Notes under the pieces: model-generated
Told to the model about the DNA's origin: nothing
Seen by the model: the letters and a program-made list of their open reading frames with translations, nothing else
Databases searched by the model: none
Part shown: positions 9,587-19,197 of the stretch, piece by piece
Numbering within the stretch: position 1 is the stretch's first letter
Layout of the letters: every line of letters starts with the position of its first letter
Translations under genes and position numbers: made by a program
Origin: Candidatus Saccharimonadota bacterium
GTDB lineage: Bacteria > Pseudomonadota > Gammaproteobacteria > Enterobacterales > Enterobacteriaceae
Direction: 5' to 3'
NCBI RefSeq assembly: GCF_012571795.1
Contig: NZ_CP046222.1
Coordinates: 240,819-272,818, forward strand
DNA: 32,000 bases

Positions 9587-10093
9587 TTATTTTTGTTTTG
9601 CTTGTAATATCACTTCATCTGTAATATCTATTACATTTTTATTTATATAAGACATTAAAGAAATATCTAATACCATATTATAATTATTTTTTTTTGCTAT
9701 TTGATTAATAATTTGTTGTATAAAATGAAAAATTTCTTTTTTAGCTTTATTATTTTTATTTTGAATATCTATTTTTAATAATTTTTCATATTGTAAAAGA
9801 ACATTTTTTAATTTTAAAATTTCTTGTTCTATTTTAGTTTTTTCAGCTAATGGTATAAAATTGTTCTGTTTTTTTAAATTTTGTTTTTTTAAAATGAAAT
9901 TTTCTTTCATTTTTTTTAATTTTAAAAGTTTTGGTTTTAATTCATATTCTAATGTTTCTGATATTATTTTATTTTGTGGTATTTCCTGAAAAATTTTTTT
10001 AATATTAACAACTACTATTGTATGACAACAAAAAGTTTTACTATTTGATATTATTAAAAATAAAATCAATAATGTTTTCAAAAATGATTTCAT
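9587..10093 (-). CDS. skp: Periplasmic chaperone Skp (OmpH family)
   Basis: The 168-aa ORF has a signal-peptide-like N-terminus and a Lys/Glu/Gln-rich helical body. Its C-terminus, DITDEVxxQ(A/V)K, resembles E. coli Skp. It lies immediately downstream of bamA as in E. coli. Confidence 0.8.
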   Translation of the reverse strand: MKSFLKTLLILFLIISNSKTFCCHTIVVVNIKKIFQEIPQNKIISETLEYELKPKLLKLKKMKENFILKKQNLKKQNNFIPLAEKTKIEQEILKLKNVLLQYEKLLKIDIQNKNNKAKKEIFHFIQQIINQIAKKNNYNMVLDISLMSYINKNVIDITDEVILQAKQK

Positions 10094-10118
10094 ATAATTT
10101 CTCTTTTATATTTTTATA

Positions 10119-12602
10119 TTACCAATTATTTCCTATATTAAATTGTATTGGTTCAAATGCATCATGAATCGATTTATTGAATGGATGTGCATATGAAAGA
10201 ATTATAATACCTAATGGAGTTTTCCATTTTAAAGATAATCCTATTGAGGCCTTTAACTTTGTTAAAATATTAGAATTAGATAAAGAATATAATTTAGATA
10301 AATAATTATTAGTATTAATAATATTCCATATATTACCTATATCTAAAAAAATAGAAGGTTTAACTTTTTGTATATAATTACCTATTTTAATATTATATAT
10401 AGGTAGTATTAATTCTGTTGTTAATTTAATTATTAAATTACCACCAATAGTATGTTGTTGATTAAAACATATAATTTGATGTTTATTACATGGTTGTTTT
10501 ATAGAATTTATATATATTCCATTAGGTTCGAATGTATTAGGGTTAAATCCTCTAACTATATTAGACTGATTTTTAAAATTTTTATAAAAAGGATATATAT
10601 TATTATGTATACTATTACTATAACCAATAGTACTATTAATAACTAAATTTAATAAAGAAGAATATATATTATGATGATGATGAGATATTTTAATATAAAT
10701 AGGAATATAATGATTATAATCTAATATAATTTGATAATTACTATTATAATAATTTTTTAATGGTATACCTATATTTATATTTAGAATACTTAAAATACCT
10801 TTTTTAATACTTACATAATTACTCACTGTATTAAAAGTTAGTATATGTTGTATATTAAATTCATTTAAATAATAATTATTATGTTTTAAAGGTAATTTAT
10901 ACCCTTTTACATGAGTAAAATAATCAAATACAGAAAATTGTGAACTAAAATTATATATTTTATGTTGTATAAAACCTAATTTATTTTTTATAATAATACT
11001 ATCTTTAATAGGTATGATTATATAAGTAAATATTCCTTTTATCTGATCTATATAATCTATATTTTTTAAATAAATTTTATTAATTATAGGATTATTAAAA
11101 AATAAATTAATACCTGTACTAATACGAGTATTAAAAATATAAGGTCTATGTAAATTAAATTCTAAATATGAATGTGTAGAATCTTTAATAATATTCGTAA
11201 TAATATGATTATATGTTTTTAAAAAATTATCTTGTTCAAGATATGTATTTAATACTAATTTATAATTATTTATACCAAAATTAATATTAAACAATCCTTT
11301 ATTCTTATAATTAATATTATAAATAATATTTACTGTATGTAATGAATCATGATTGTCATGTATAAATAATGATACATTATCAATATATTCTAATTTCTTA
11401 AGTTTATCTATTGTTTTATTAATACATGTTAAATTTAAAATTTGTCCTTCTTTTTGTGATATTAATTTCTTTAAAACTTTAAATGGAATAGAATGATTTC
11501 CAGTAAATATAATATGTTTTATATGATATTGTATCCCAGTTTTTATATATACATATAATTTGATATTATTATTAATATAATTATTTTGTTTATATATTTT
11601 GATTATAGGATGAATAAAACCATGACTTTGTAAAAAAATTAATATATTTTTTTTTAACAACATATCTTGTTTATATTGATATATATTATTTATATAACTA
11701 TTAAATATTTGTTTTATATTTATAAGATATTTTTTATTATTTATATAAATATCAATATTTTTAATTAAGAATTGTTGATTTTCATTTATATTTATTGTAA
11801 TACATATTTGATTTTTATCATACAATATAGATTGTGAAATATTTTGTATATTAAATTGTAAAAAACCAGCATCTAGATACATTTTTTTTATATTATTTAA
11901 TACATACATAAGAAATGGTGTACTATAATTTTTTTTAATAAAAAAATTATTTATCCAGTTTTTAGATAAACCAGTATTACTTAATATTATTTTTTTAGAA
12001 AAATAATGGTTACCTATAATATCAACATTCTTAATTTTGAAAATATTACCTTCATTAATATATATAAAAAGAGATACTTCATTATTATGAATAATAGTTT
12101 TAATTTTAACAATACAATTTAGTAAACCATTAATATGATATATTTGTTCAATAATATTTTTAATAATATATAATTTAGATCTATCTAATATATTTCCTTT
12201 TTGTATATTAATATTATTAATTAATTGTAATAATAATTGTGTTTTAATTAATTTATTGCCTATAAATTTAATATTCATAAGTTTGTTTTTTTGTAAAACT
12301 TTAATAAATATTAAATTATGATGTTGTATAATACTAATTTGATCAAACAAATTATTTTTAAATACAATATTATTGATGTTATTTGGTAATAATCGTTTTT
12401 CTACAACACATATTTCTTGTTTTATATGATGTAATAATTTTGGTTGTTTTATACTAAAAAATATAACTTTTTTAAAATTAATATTATGATTTGTATCATA
12501 TATACATGCATCAATATTATTGATAAAAAATAAATAAAATAACAATATAAATATATACTTATATAATATATATAAAAACTTTTTATAATTTTGCATAATC
12601 AT
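10119..12602 (-). CDS. bamA: Outer membrane protein assembly factor BamA
   Basis: The 827-aa ORF has a hydrophobic signal sequence, POTRA-length N-terminal region and a beta-barrel C-terminus ending FNIGNNW (E. coli ends FNIGKTW). It sits in the synteny rseP-bamA-skp. The start could be Met1 or Met3; both overlap the rseP end. Confidence 0.9.
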   Translation of the reverse strand: MIMQNYKKFLYILYKYIFILLFYLFFINNIDACIYDTNHNINFKKVIFFSIKQPKLLHHIKQEICVVEKRLLPNNINNIVFKNNLFDQISIIQHHNLIFIKVLQKNKLMNIKFIGNKLIKTQLLLQLINNINIQKGNILDRSKLYIIKNIIEQIYHINGLLNCIVKIKTIIHNNEVSLFIYINEGNIFKIKNVDIIGNHYFSKKIILSNTGLSKNWINNFFIKKNYSTPFLMYVLNNIKKMYLDAGFLQFNIQNISQSILYDKNQICITININENQQFLIKNIDIYINNKKYLINIKQIFNSYINNIYQYKQDMLLKKNILIFLQSHGFIHPIIKIYKQNNYINNNIKLYVYIKTGIQYHIKHIIFTGNHSIPFKVLKKLISQKEGQILNLTCINKTIDKLKKLEYIDNVSLFIHDNHDSLHTVNIIYNINYKNKGLFNINFGINNYKLVLNTYLEQDNFLKTYNHIITNIIKDSTHSYLEFNLHRPYIFNTRISTGINLFFNNPIINKIYLKNIDYIDQIKGIFTYIIIPIKDSIIIKNKLGFIQHKIYNFSSQFSVFDYFTHVKGYKLPLKHNNYYLNEFNIQHILTFNTVSNYVSIKKGILSILNINIGIPLKNYYNSNYQIILDYNHYIPIYIKISHHHHNIYSSLLNLVINSTIGYSNSIHNNIYPFYKNFKNQSNIVRGFNPNTFEPNGIYINSIKQPCNKHQIICFNQQHTIGGNLIIKLTTELILPIYNIKIGNYIQKVKPSIFLDIGNIWNIINTNNYLSKLYSLSNSNILTKLKASIGLSLKWKTPLGIIILSYAHPFNKSIHDAFEPIQFNIGNNW

Positions 12603-13959
12603 TTACAAATGACAAACCCATTATTAAAATTAATAACAACATACTCAAATTATATATAATCATTTTTATATATGTTGGTATTTTTCTTCTTATAATTTTT
12701 TCTATAACTATAATACATAATTGGCCACCATCTAAAATAGGCAAAGGTAATAAATTAATTATAGCTAAATTAATACTAATTAAAGCTAAAAAATATAAAT
12801 AAAATTTAAAATTTTCTTTAAATAAAGAACTAACAACATTTGCTATATATATAGGTCCTCTAAAATTATTAATATTAATATTATGATGTGTAAATAAATT
12901 TAATAATGAATGTAATATAATTTTTATTGTTAAATAACTTGTATTTAATGCATACCATAAAGATTGTAGTAAATTACATTTATATATTATTTTATTTGTA
13001 TTAATATTTTGTGTATCTATAATTTTAGGTTTAATGCCAATATAATTATTTTGTAATAATGCTGTTTTTTTATTAGGTATAGAAATATTTATTGCAATTA
13101 TTTTATTATTTCTTTTAATAAAAAATATTACTTTACGATTAAAATAATATGAAATAATTTTTTTAAAATTATACCAATTATTAATTTTATATTTTTGTAT
13201 TTGTAAAATTTGATCTCCTACATGCAAATTTGCTTGTGATGCAGCAGATTTTTTTTGTATTTTAATAATAATTGGAATAATATCTATCCCTTCTGGTATG
13301 ATACCTAATTTATATATTAAATTATTATGTTGATTATTAGATAATATCTTATTATCTATTTTTAATGTCTTATGAAATATTTTTTTAGAATTAATATATT
13401 GCATATCCAATTCAACATTCTTTTTATTAATAATATTATTATTTAATTCTAAATTAATAGAATTCCAATCTACAATATCTTTATTATTAATTTTCTTAAT
13501 TTCTGTATTAGGAAGTATCCCTGCTGTATCAGCAATAGATGCATACTCTATATCATGAATAATTGGCTTGTTTGTAGAATATCCTATAAAAAATATAAAC
13601 CAATAAATAATAAAAGCTAGTAAAATATTTGCTATAGGACCACCTAAGATAATTAACATTCTTTTAAATAAAGATAAATTATCATAAAATAATAATTTAT
13701 ATTTATATATATTTTTTTTATTATAATCATCATTATTTTCAGGGATTTTAACATACCCACCTAATAAGAATAATCTCATTATGTACTTAGTACCATATTT
13801 ATCATTAAATTCTAATATTTTAGGTCCAAAACCTAATGAAAAACAAGCAATACATAAATTAAAACATCTGGCTATATAAAAATGTCCATATTCATGTACT
13901 ATAATAAGAACACATAAAGTAATAATAAATATTATGGTATTATAAATAATATTAAACAA
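12583..13959 (-). CDS. rseP: Site-2 (RIP) zinc metalloprotease RseP
   Basis: The 458-aa ORF has HExxH in the first transmembrane segment (HEYGHFYIA) and a central PDZ-length region. It also has the NLLPLPILDGG motif near the C-terminus. Confidence 0.9.
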   Translation of the reverse strand: MFNIIYNTIIFIITLCVLIIVHEYGHFYIARCFNLCIACFSLGFGPKILEFNDKYGTKYIMRLFLLGGYVKIPENNDDYNKKNIYKYKLLFYDNLSLFKRMLIILGGPIANILLAFIIYWFIFFIGYSTNKPIIHDIEYASIADTAGILPNTEIKKINNKDIVDWNSINLELNNNIINKKNVELDMQYINSKKIFHKTLKIDNKILSNNQHNNLIYKLGIIPEGIDIIPIIIKIQKKSAASQANLHVGDQILQIQKYKINNWYNFKKIISYYFNRKVIFFIKRNNKIIAINISIPNKKTALLQNNYIGIKPKIIDTQNINTNKIIYKCNLLQSLWYALNTSYLTIKIILHSLLNLFTHHNININNFRGPIYIANVVSSLFKENFKFYLYFLALISINLAIINLLPLPILDGGQLCIIVIEKIIRRKIPTYIKMIIYNLSMLLLILIMGLSFVNDYAKL

Positions 13960-14095
13960 AGTAATTAACTCCCTATATAATAAAAATTATTAACATCTAT
14001 AGTATTAATAGATTATATATTATAATATTAATATTTAATTTAATTTAATTTAAATGTTAACATGATTATATTTAATATAATAATTTATTTAATTA

Positions 14096-14821
14096 TTATT
14101 TTCCAAAACGACGCTGTCTTTTAAAAAAATTTTGTATTGCATATAAAAAATGTTGTTCATTAAAATCAGGCCATAAAATATTAGTAAAGTATAATTCTGC
14201 ATATGCAATTTGCCAAAGTAAAAAATTACTAATACGCATTTCACCACCTGTACGAATAACTAAATCTATAGGAATAGAATTATGTAATTCTAAATATTTT
14301 GTAAAGGTTTTTTCATTAATATCTTTTAAAGATATCTGTTGTTTATTTATTTTTTTTATAATATTTTTTATACCACATATAATATCTTGTCTACCACCAT
14401 AATTAATAGCAATATTTAATTGTAATGCAGTATTTTTTTTTGTTAAATATTCAATTTGCATAATTAATTTTTGTAAATTTATATTTAATTTATTTTTATT
14501 GCCAATAAAGTTAATATTAATATTATGTTTTTTAAAATTTTTTATTTCATTTATTAAAATATTTTGAAATAAATTCATTAAAAAATCTATTTCTTCTTTT
14601 GTACGTTTCCAATTTTCACTGCTAAAAGCATATAGTGTTAATACTTTTAATTTAAATTGTAAAGATAAATCAATAATTTTTTTTACAGTATATACTCCAG
14701 CCTTATGACCATACAAACTGTTTTTTCCTTGTTTTTTTGCCCATCTTCTATTACCATCCATTATTATTGCTATATGTTGTAAGGATGGTTTATTATATAA
14801 TAAGTTTATTATGTTTTTCAT
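14096..14821 (-). CDS. uppS: Ditrans,polycis-undecaprenyl-diphosphate synthase
   Basis: The 241-aa ORF carries HIAIIMDGNRRWA, GHxAG, LTLYAFSSENWxR, NYGGR, DLxIRTGGExRISNFLLWQxAYAELYF, WPDF and RRFG. The catalytic residues appear intact. Confidence 0.95.
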   Translation of the reverse strand: MKNIINLLYNKPSLQHIAIIMDGNRRWAKKQGKNSLYGHKAGVYTVKKIIDLSLQFKLKVLTLYAFSSENWKRTKEEIDFLMNLFQNILINEIKNFKKHNININFIGNKNKLNINLQKLIMQIEYLTKKNTALQLNIAINYGGRQDIICGIKNIIKKINKQQISLKDINEKTFTKYLELHNSIPIDLVIRTGGEMRISNFLLWQIAYAELYFTNILWPDFNEQHFLYAIQNFFKRQRRFGK

Positions 14822-14871
14822 TAATATGTTTTAATATATATTTTAATGTATGTAAATATGTAATTTTTACA

Positions 14872-16068
14872 TTATATACCATGAAATTTTTTCTTAACAA
14901 AATAATGAGTATATTTGCGAACATAATTATCAATCCATAATACTTCTTGTATACAATTAGGATTATTAAAAGATAATTTATTTAAAATAGTAGTATTTAA
15001 AATTGCAATATCTGTAAAAGATATTTTATTTTTTAAACATAATTCTACTGCTATATCATTGGCAGCATTTAATACTAAAAATGTAGAAAATTCTGTGTGA
15101 CAAGTTTCTATAGCTAATTTTAAACATGGATATTTTATAAAATCAGGTTTTAAAAATGTTAAAGATTGTATATCATAAAAATTAATATGTTTAATATTAG
15201 TACTAATTTTATATGGCCACATTATCATATTAGTAATAATAGTTTGTATATCTGGATAATTTATTTTTATATTAATACTACTATCTTTAAAACGTACCAT
15301 AGCAGCAATTACAGATTCAGGATTAATGATAATTTCTATTTGTTTATGTTGTGCATTTAATAGATATTTAGTTGCAATATATTCTAATCCTTGTAGCATC
15401 ATTGTTGCTGTATTAATAATATTTTTTTTATCTATAACATTAGAGGAAATACAAGATTTAATATTAATATATTTAAATTTTTCTATTGGTAAATACAAGA
15501 AAGGCCCCCCAGAACCAGTTAAAATAACACTATAAACATCACTTTTATATAAATCACATAATCCTAATCTATTCTGTATATAATTAGGCATCATTTCAAA
15601 AATTGCACTATGATTTTTATTAATCGGTAAAATTTTTGATTTAAATTTATATATTTGTTTTATTAAGATAACATAAGTAATAACTAATAATTCTATGCTT
15701 GTTAAAAATATAATTTTTCCTGATTGAATAGCTTTTAATATATATAATAAACTTATAAAATTTTTAAAAGTAATAATAACTTGATCAACATCATCTAAAG
15801 CAACAATTTCTTCAATTTTACGTTTACCGAATAAGACCTTTGTTTTAACACCTGTATTATATAAATTATGCTGTAACAACATTGCATTATTTTTTTTATA
15901 CATAACAGCATAATCAGGATTAAATAAAATGCATTGTTTAGTCATTAATTCAACATTATGCATTGCAACTAATGCTTTAATTTTAAAAAAATTTGGATTA
16001 GTTAACATTACAGATAAAATGTGACGTCCAATATATCCAGTAGAGCCTAAAATAGTTATATATTTCAT
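14872..16068 (-). CDS. dxr: 1-deoxy-D-xylulose-5-phosphate reductoisomerase homolog. The ORF is full length, but its active-site residues are substituted.
   Basis: The 398-aa ORF has the same length as E. coli Dxr and is collinear with it. Shared elements are ITILGSTGxIG, DVDQV, TGSGGPF, ATMM, GLEYI, YPCLKLA, LNAAN and FTDIA. It lies in the synteny frr-dxr-uppS. See the findings for the substituted catalytic positions. Confidence 0.85.
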   Translation of the reverse strand: MKYITILGSTGYIGRHILSVMLTNPNFFKIKALVAMHNVELMTKQCILFNPDYAVMYKKNNAMLLQHNLYNTGVKTKVLFGKRKIEEIVALDDVDQVIITFKNFISLLYILKAIQSGKIIFLTSIELLVITYVILIKQIYKFKSKILPINKNHSAIFEMMPNYIQNRLGLCDLYKSDVYSVILTGSGGPFLYLPIEKFKYINIKSCISSNVIDKKNIINTATMMLQGLEYIATKYLLNAQHKQIEIIINPESVIAAMVRFKDSSINIKINYPDIQTIITNMIMWPYKISTNIKHINFYDIQSLTFLKPDFIKYPCLKLAIETCHTEFSTFLVLNAANDIAVELCLKNKISFTDIAILNTTILNKLSFNNPNCIQEVLWIDNYVRKYTHYFVKKKFHGI

Positions 16069-16120
16069 ATTATTATTTATCCTATTTAGTATATAAATAA
16101 TTAAAATAGATAAATAACAT

Positions 16121-16678
16121 TTAATGTTGTAATATATTTTGTTCTTTTAATTTTAGAAAATCTGATATACATTTTATATAAAATATTGTTTGTTTTTGAA
16201 TAATATTTTGTAATTTTATTTCTTCATTTTCACTAATTTGTTTATTTTTTACAAGTATTTTAATATGATTATTTGTTTTTCTTCTTATATTACGTATATT
16301 AATACGATTGAATTCTGATTCTTTTTTTATCATTTGTAAAATTTTAATTCTACGAGATTCTGTCATTATGGGAATAATAACTAATATACTATTATTTATA
16401 ATTTTTGTATTTATATCTAAATTAGCAAGTATAATAGCTTTTTCAATATTTTTTATTATATTTGTATCAAATGGTGTTACTTTTAATGTATTAGCATTTT
16501 CAACAGTAATGCTAGATAAATAACGTATTGGGGTAATTTTATTAAATAAATTAATTTTAATATTATGTAAAAAACAAGGCGTAATTCTATTTATATATAT
16601 TATATTAATTTTTTTCTTAAATAATTCTAAACATTTTTTCATATTTGCTTCATTATTATTAATAATATTATTGTACAT
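16121..16678 (-). CDS. frr: Ribosome recycling factor
   Basis: The 185-aa ORF has the same length as E. coli RRF and aligns without gaps (MxKCxExFK, VENANTLKVTPFD, NIRNIRR). Confidence 0.93.
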   Translation of the reverse strand: MYNNIINNNEANMKKCLELFKKKINIIYINRITPCFLHNIKINLFNKITPIRYLSSITVENANTLKVTPFDTNIIKNIEKAIILANLDINTKIINNSILVIIPIMTESRRIKILQMIKKESEFNRINIRNIRRKTNNHIKILVKNKQISENEEIKLQNIIQKQTIFYIKCISDFLKLKEQNILQH

Positions 16679-16734
16679 ATTAAAATTTCCAAATATTATA
16701 TTTCAATGTTATTACTATAATTTATAATAGTATA

Positions 16735-17466
16735 CTAATTTGTTATAATTGTTCCAATAATATTGCCTGTTAGAATTTTATATAAAGAACCAGATTGATT
16801 AATATTTAAAATATGTATAGGCATAGAAACATTACGAGCTAAAATTATAGCTGTTTGATCCATAACATCTAATTTTTTATGTAAAACATCATTATAGGTT
16901 AATTTTTTATATAAAACAGCATTACTATATTTTATAGGATCTTTTGAATATACTCCATTTACTTTTGTAATTTTTAAAACAGCTTGTGCTTCTAATTCTA
17001 TGCCTCTCAAACATGCAGCAGTATCTGTAGTAAATACAGAACAACCTGTACCTCCAACAAATATAATTATTTTATTACTCTGTATAATATTTAAAGCTTT
17101 ATTAATATTATATTCATTACAAATACCTGGGATAGGCAAAGATGACATAATAATAGCATTAATTCCCTTACTATTTATATTATCATTCAAGATTAATCCA
17201 TTAATTATTGTAAATAACATTCCTATATGATCACCTAGTACAGGTTTTATATTATTATTTAATGTAATATTTCTACCTTTAAAATAATTACCAGCTCCTA
17301 TAACGATAGCAATTTGTACTCCTAAAGAAATAATATATTTTATTTCATTTATTAAATTCTTAATTAAATCATTATTTACATTCAAATAATAATTCTTTTG
17401 TAAAAAATCGCCACTAATTTTTAGTATTATACGTTTATACACTATCTTATTATTTATTATATTCAT
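16735..17466 (-). CDS. pyrH: UMP kinase
   Basis: The 243-aa ORF carries YKRIxLKxSG, VIGxGN, GDHxGML, GTGxxxFTTDTAACLRGIE, KxTKVxGVY and LxVMD. Confidence 0.93.
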   Translation of the reverse strand: MNIINNKIVYKRIILKISGDFLQKNYYLNVNNDLIKNLINEIKYIISLGVQIAIVIGAGNYFKGRNITLNNNIKPVLGDHIGMLFTIINGLILNDNINSKGINAIIMSSLPIPGICNEYNINKALNIIQSNKIIIFVGGTGCSVFTTDTAACLRGIELEAQAVLKITKVNGVYSKDPIKYSNAVLYKKLTYNDVLHKKLDVMDQTAIILARNVSMPIHILNINQSGSLYKILTGNIIGTIITN

Positions 17467-17499
17467 AATATTATATATTTATCTTTTTATTTAATTAAA

Positions 17500-18294
17500 T
17501 TATTTTTCACCAATTTCAAAACGTATAAATTTTTTAATAATCATATTATTTGATTTTAAATAATCTATTACTAATTTATTTGTATCTAATAAAAACGGTT
17601 GATTATATAAAGTAATATTATTAATAAATTTTTGTATGCGCCCTTCAACTATTTTTTTTATAATATTATCTGATTTATTAATTTGTTCTGCAATATTTTT
17701 TTGTATATTATATTCATGTTTTAATAGTTTTTGAGGAATATTATTTTCTGATATATATTCTGGTTTTTGCATAGCTATATGCATAGCAATATTTTTCATT
17801 AATAATATATTATCTATGTTAGATTGTAATATTACTCCAATGCGTTTATTATGATGTATATATTGTCCAATAAAATTACCATCTATTTTTTGTAATTTAT
17901 TAATTATAATATTTTCTTTTAAAATATTTATTAATTCTAATAATTTTTCATTAAAAATATAACGTATATCATATATATTAATATTTTTATGATCATGAAT
18001 ATATTTTAAAATTGCACAAGCAAATTTTACTAAATTTCTATCTTTTGCTACAAAATCAGTTTGACAATTAATTTCTAATAGAACACCAAAATTTTGAGTA
18101 GTTAATCCTGTAATAAAACCTTCCTTAGTAATATTTTTATGTTTTTTTATAGCTTGTAATTTAAAATTTTTTCTTATATAATCAATAGCTTGTGAAATAT
18201 TACCTTTAGTATAAATTAAAGCATTTTTACATTCCATAATCCCAATACCTGTAAGATTACGTAATTCTTTTATTAACTTAGATGAAATTTTCAT
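17500..18294 (-). CDS. tsf: Elongation factor Ts
   Basis: The 264-aa ORF has an N-terminal UBA-like motif, LxKELRxxTGxGxMECKxAL, followed by EINCQTDFVAKD. Confidence 0.93.
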   Translation of the reverse strand: MKISSKLIKELRNLTGIGIMECKNALIYTKGNISQAIDYIRKNFKLQAIKKHKNITKEGFITGLTTQNFGVLLEINCQTDFVAKDRNLVKFACAILKYIHDHKNINIYDIRYIFNEKLLELINILKENIIINKLQKIDGNFIGQYIHHNKRIGVILQSNIDNILLMKNIAMHIAMQKPEYISENNIPQKLLKHEYNIQKNIAEQINKSDNIIKKIVEGRIQKFINNITLYNQPFLLDTNKLVIDYLKSNNMIIKKFIRFEIGEK

Positions 18295-18318
18295 ACATTA
18301 ACCTTTTATATAATTAAA

Positions 18319-19041
18319 TTATATTTTTTGTTCAATAAAATCTGTATTTTGTTTTTGTAATTCTAATGATGGTTTATCTAATAATGCTTTAGATATATAA
18401 TATAAATATAATTTAATTGCTCTTATAGCATCATCATTACCTGGAATAACATAATTGATACCATCAGGATTAGAATTAGTATCTACAATAGCAAATATAG
18501 GAATATTTAATTTTTTTGCTTCTTGTATAGCAATTTTTTCATGATAAGCATCAACTACAAAGATTGCATCAGGCAATCCAACCATATTTTTTATACCGTC
18601 TAAATTTTTTTGTAATTTTAATAATATTTTATTACGTGTTAATGATTCTTTTTTAGTTAATTGTTTAAATGTACCATCTTTACTTTGTATTTCTAATTCT
18701 TTTAATTTTTTTATAGATTTTTTTACTGTTTTCCAATTAGTTAACATTCCACCTAACCAACGATAATTAATAAAAAACTGATTACAATCTTGTGCTGTTT
18801 TTTTTATTAATTTTGATGCTGATTTTTTTGTACCAACAAATAAAATTTTACCTTTGCGACGACTAATTTTTTTTAATTCTAATATAGCTTTATTAAAATG
18901 TATTAATGTTTTATCTAAATTAATAATATGTATTTTATTTTTACTATTAAAAATATATTTTTTCATTTTTGGATTCCAAAACCTAGTTTGATGTCCAAAA
19001 TGTACACCCATATTAAACATTTTTTGTATAGAAATAGACAT
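18319..19041 (-). CDS. rpsB: 30S ribosomal protein S2
   Basis: The 240-aa ORF carries [37 protein letters not shown] and VVD. AAGGAA lies upstream of the ATG. Confidence 0.96.
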   Translation of the reverse strand: MSISIQKMFNMGVHFGHQTRFWNPKMKKYIFNSKNKIHIINLDKTLIHFNKAILELKKISRRKGKILFVGTKKSASKLIKKTAQDCNQFFINYRWLGGMLTNWKTVKKSIKKLKELEIQSKDGTFKQLTKKESLTRNKILLKLQKNLDGIKNMVGLPDAIFVVDAYHEKIAIQEAKKLNIPIFAIVDTNSNPDGINYVIPGNDDAIRAIKLYLYYISKALLDKPSLELQKQNTDFIEQKI

Positions 19042-19197
19042 AATTTTACAATTCCTTATATTTTTATTTAAACTATTATATAGTTAGTTTAATATATGTT
19101 AAATATATAAATTTATATTTTAAAATAATTAATTTATAAATATTATATATAATGTAATATGAGATATTATACAATTAATAATTATACAATAAGTATT

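Noticed and set aside
10452-10646. A 64-aa plus-strand ORF.
   Set aside because: It is antisense within bamA and is a compositional artefact.
14035-14052. A short tandem repeat (AATTT)x3 in the rseP-uppS spacer, along with other microsatellite-like A/T runs.
   Set aside because: It is too short and its composition is too biased to distinguish from chance. No array structure is present.
14737-14940. A 67-aa plus-strand ORF spanning the uppS start and the dxr end.
   Set aside because: It is antisense to two well-supported genes and shows no motif.
15166-15535. Two overlapping plus-strand ORFs (64 and 69 aa).
   Set aside because: Both are antisense inside dxr. The second ORF owes its G and P residues (PPEP) to the complement of the GSGGPF codons.
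16308-16523. A 71-aa plus-strand ORF.
   Set aside because: It is antisense inside frr.
17000-17230. A 76-aa plus-strand ORF.
   Set aside because: It is antisense inside pyrH.
19159-19197. A 13-codon upstream extension of map, and similarly the 3-codon GTG extension of cca (27202-27210).
   Set aside because: Alignment with the E. coli N-termini favours the downstream ATGs. The upstream starts remain possible but unsupported.
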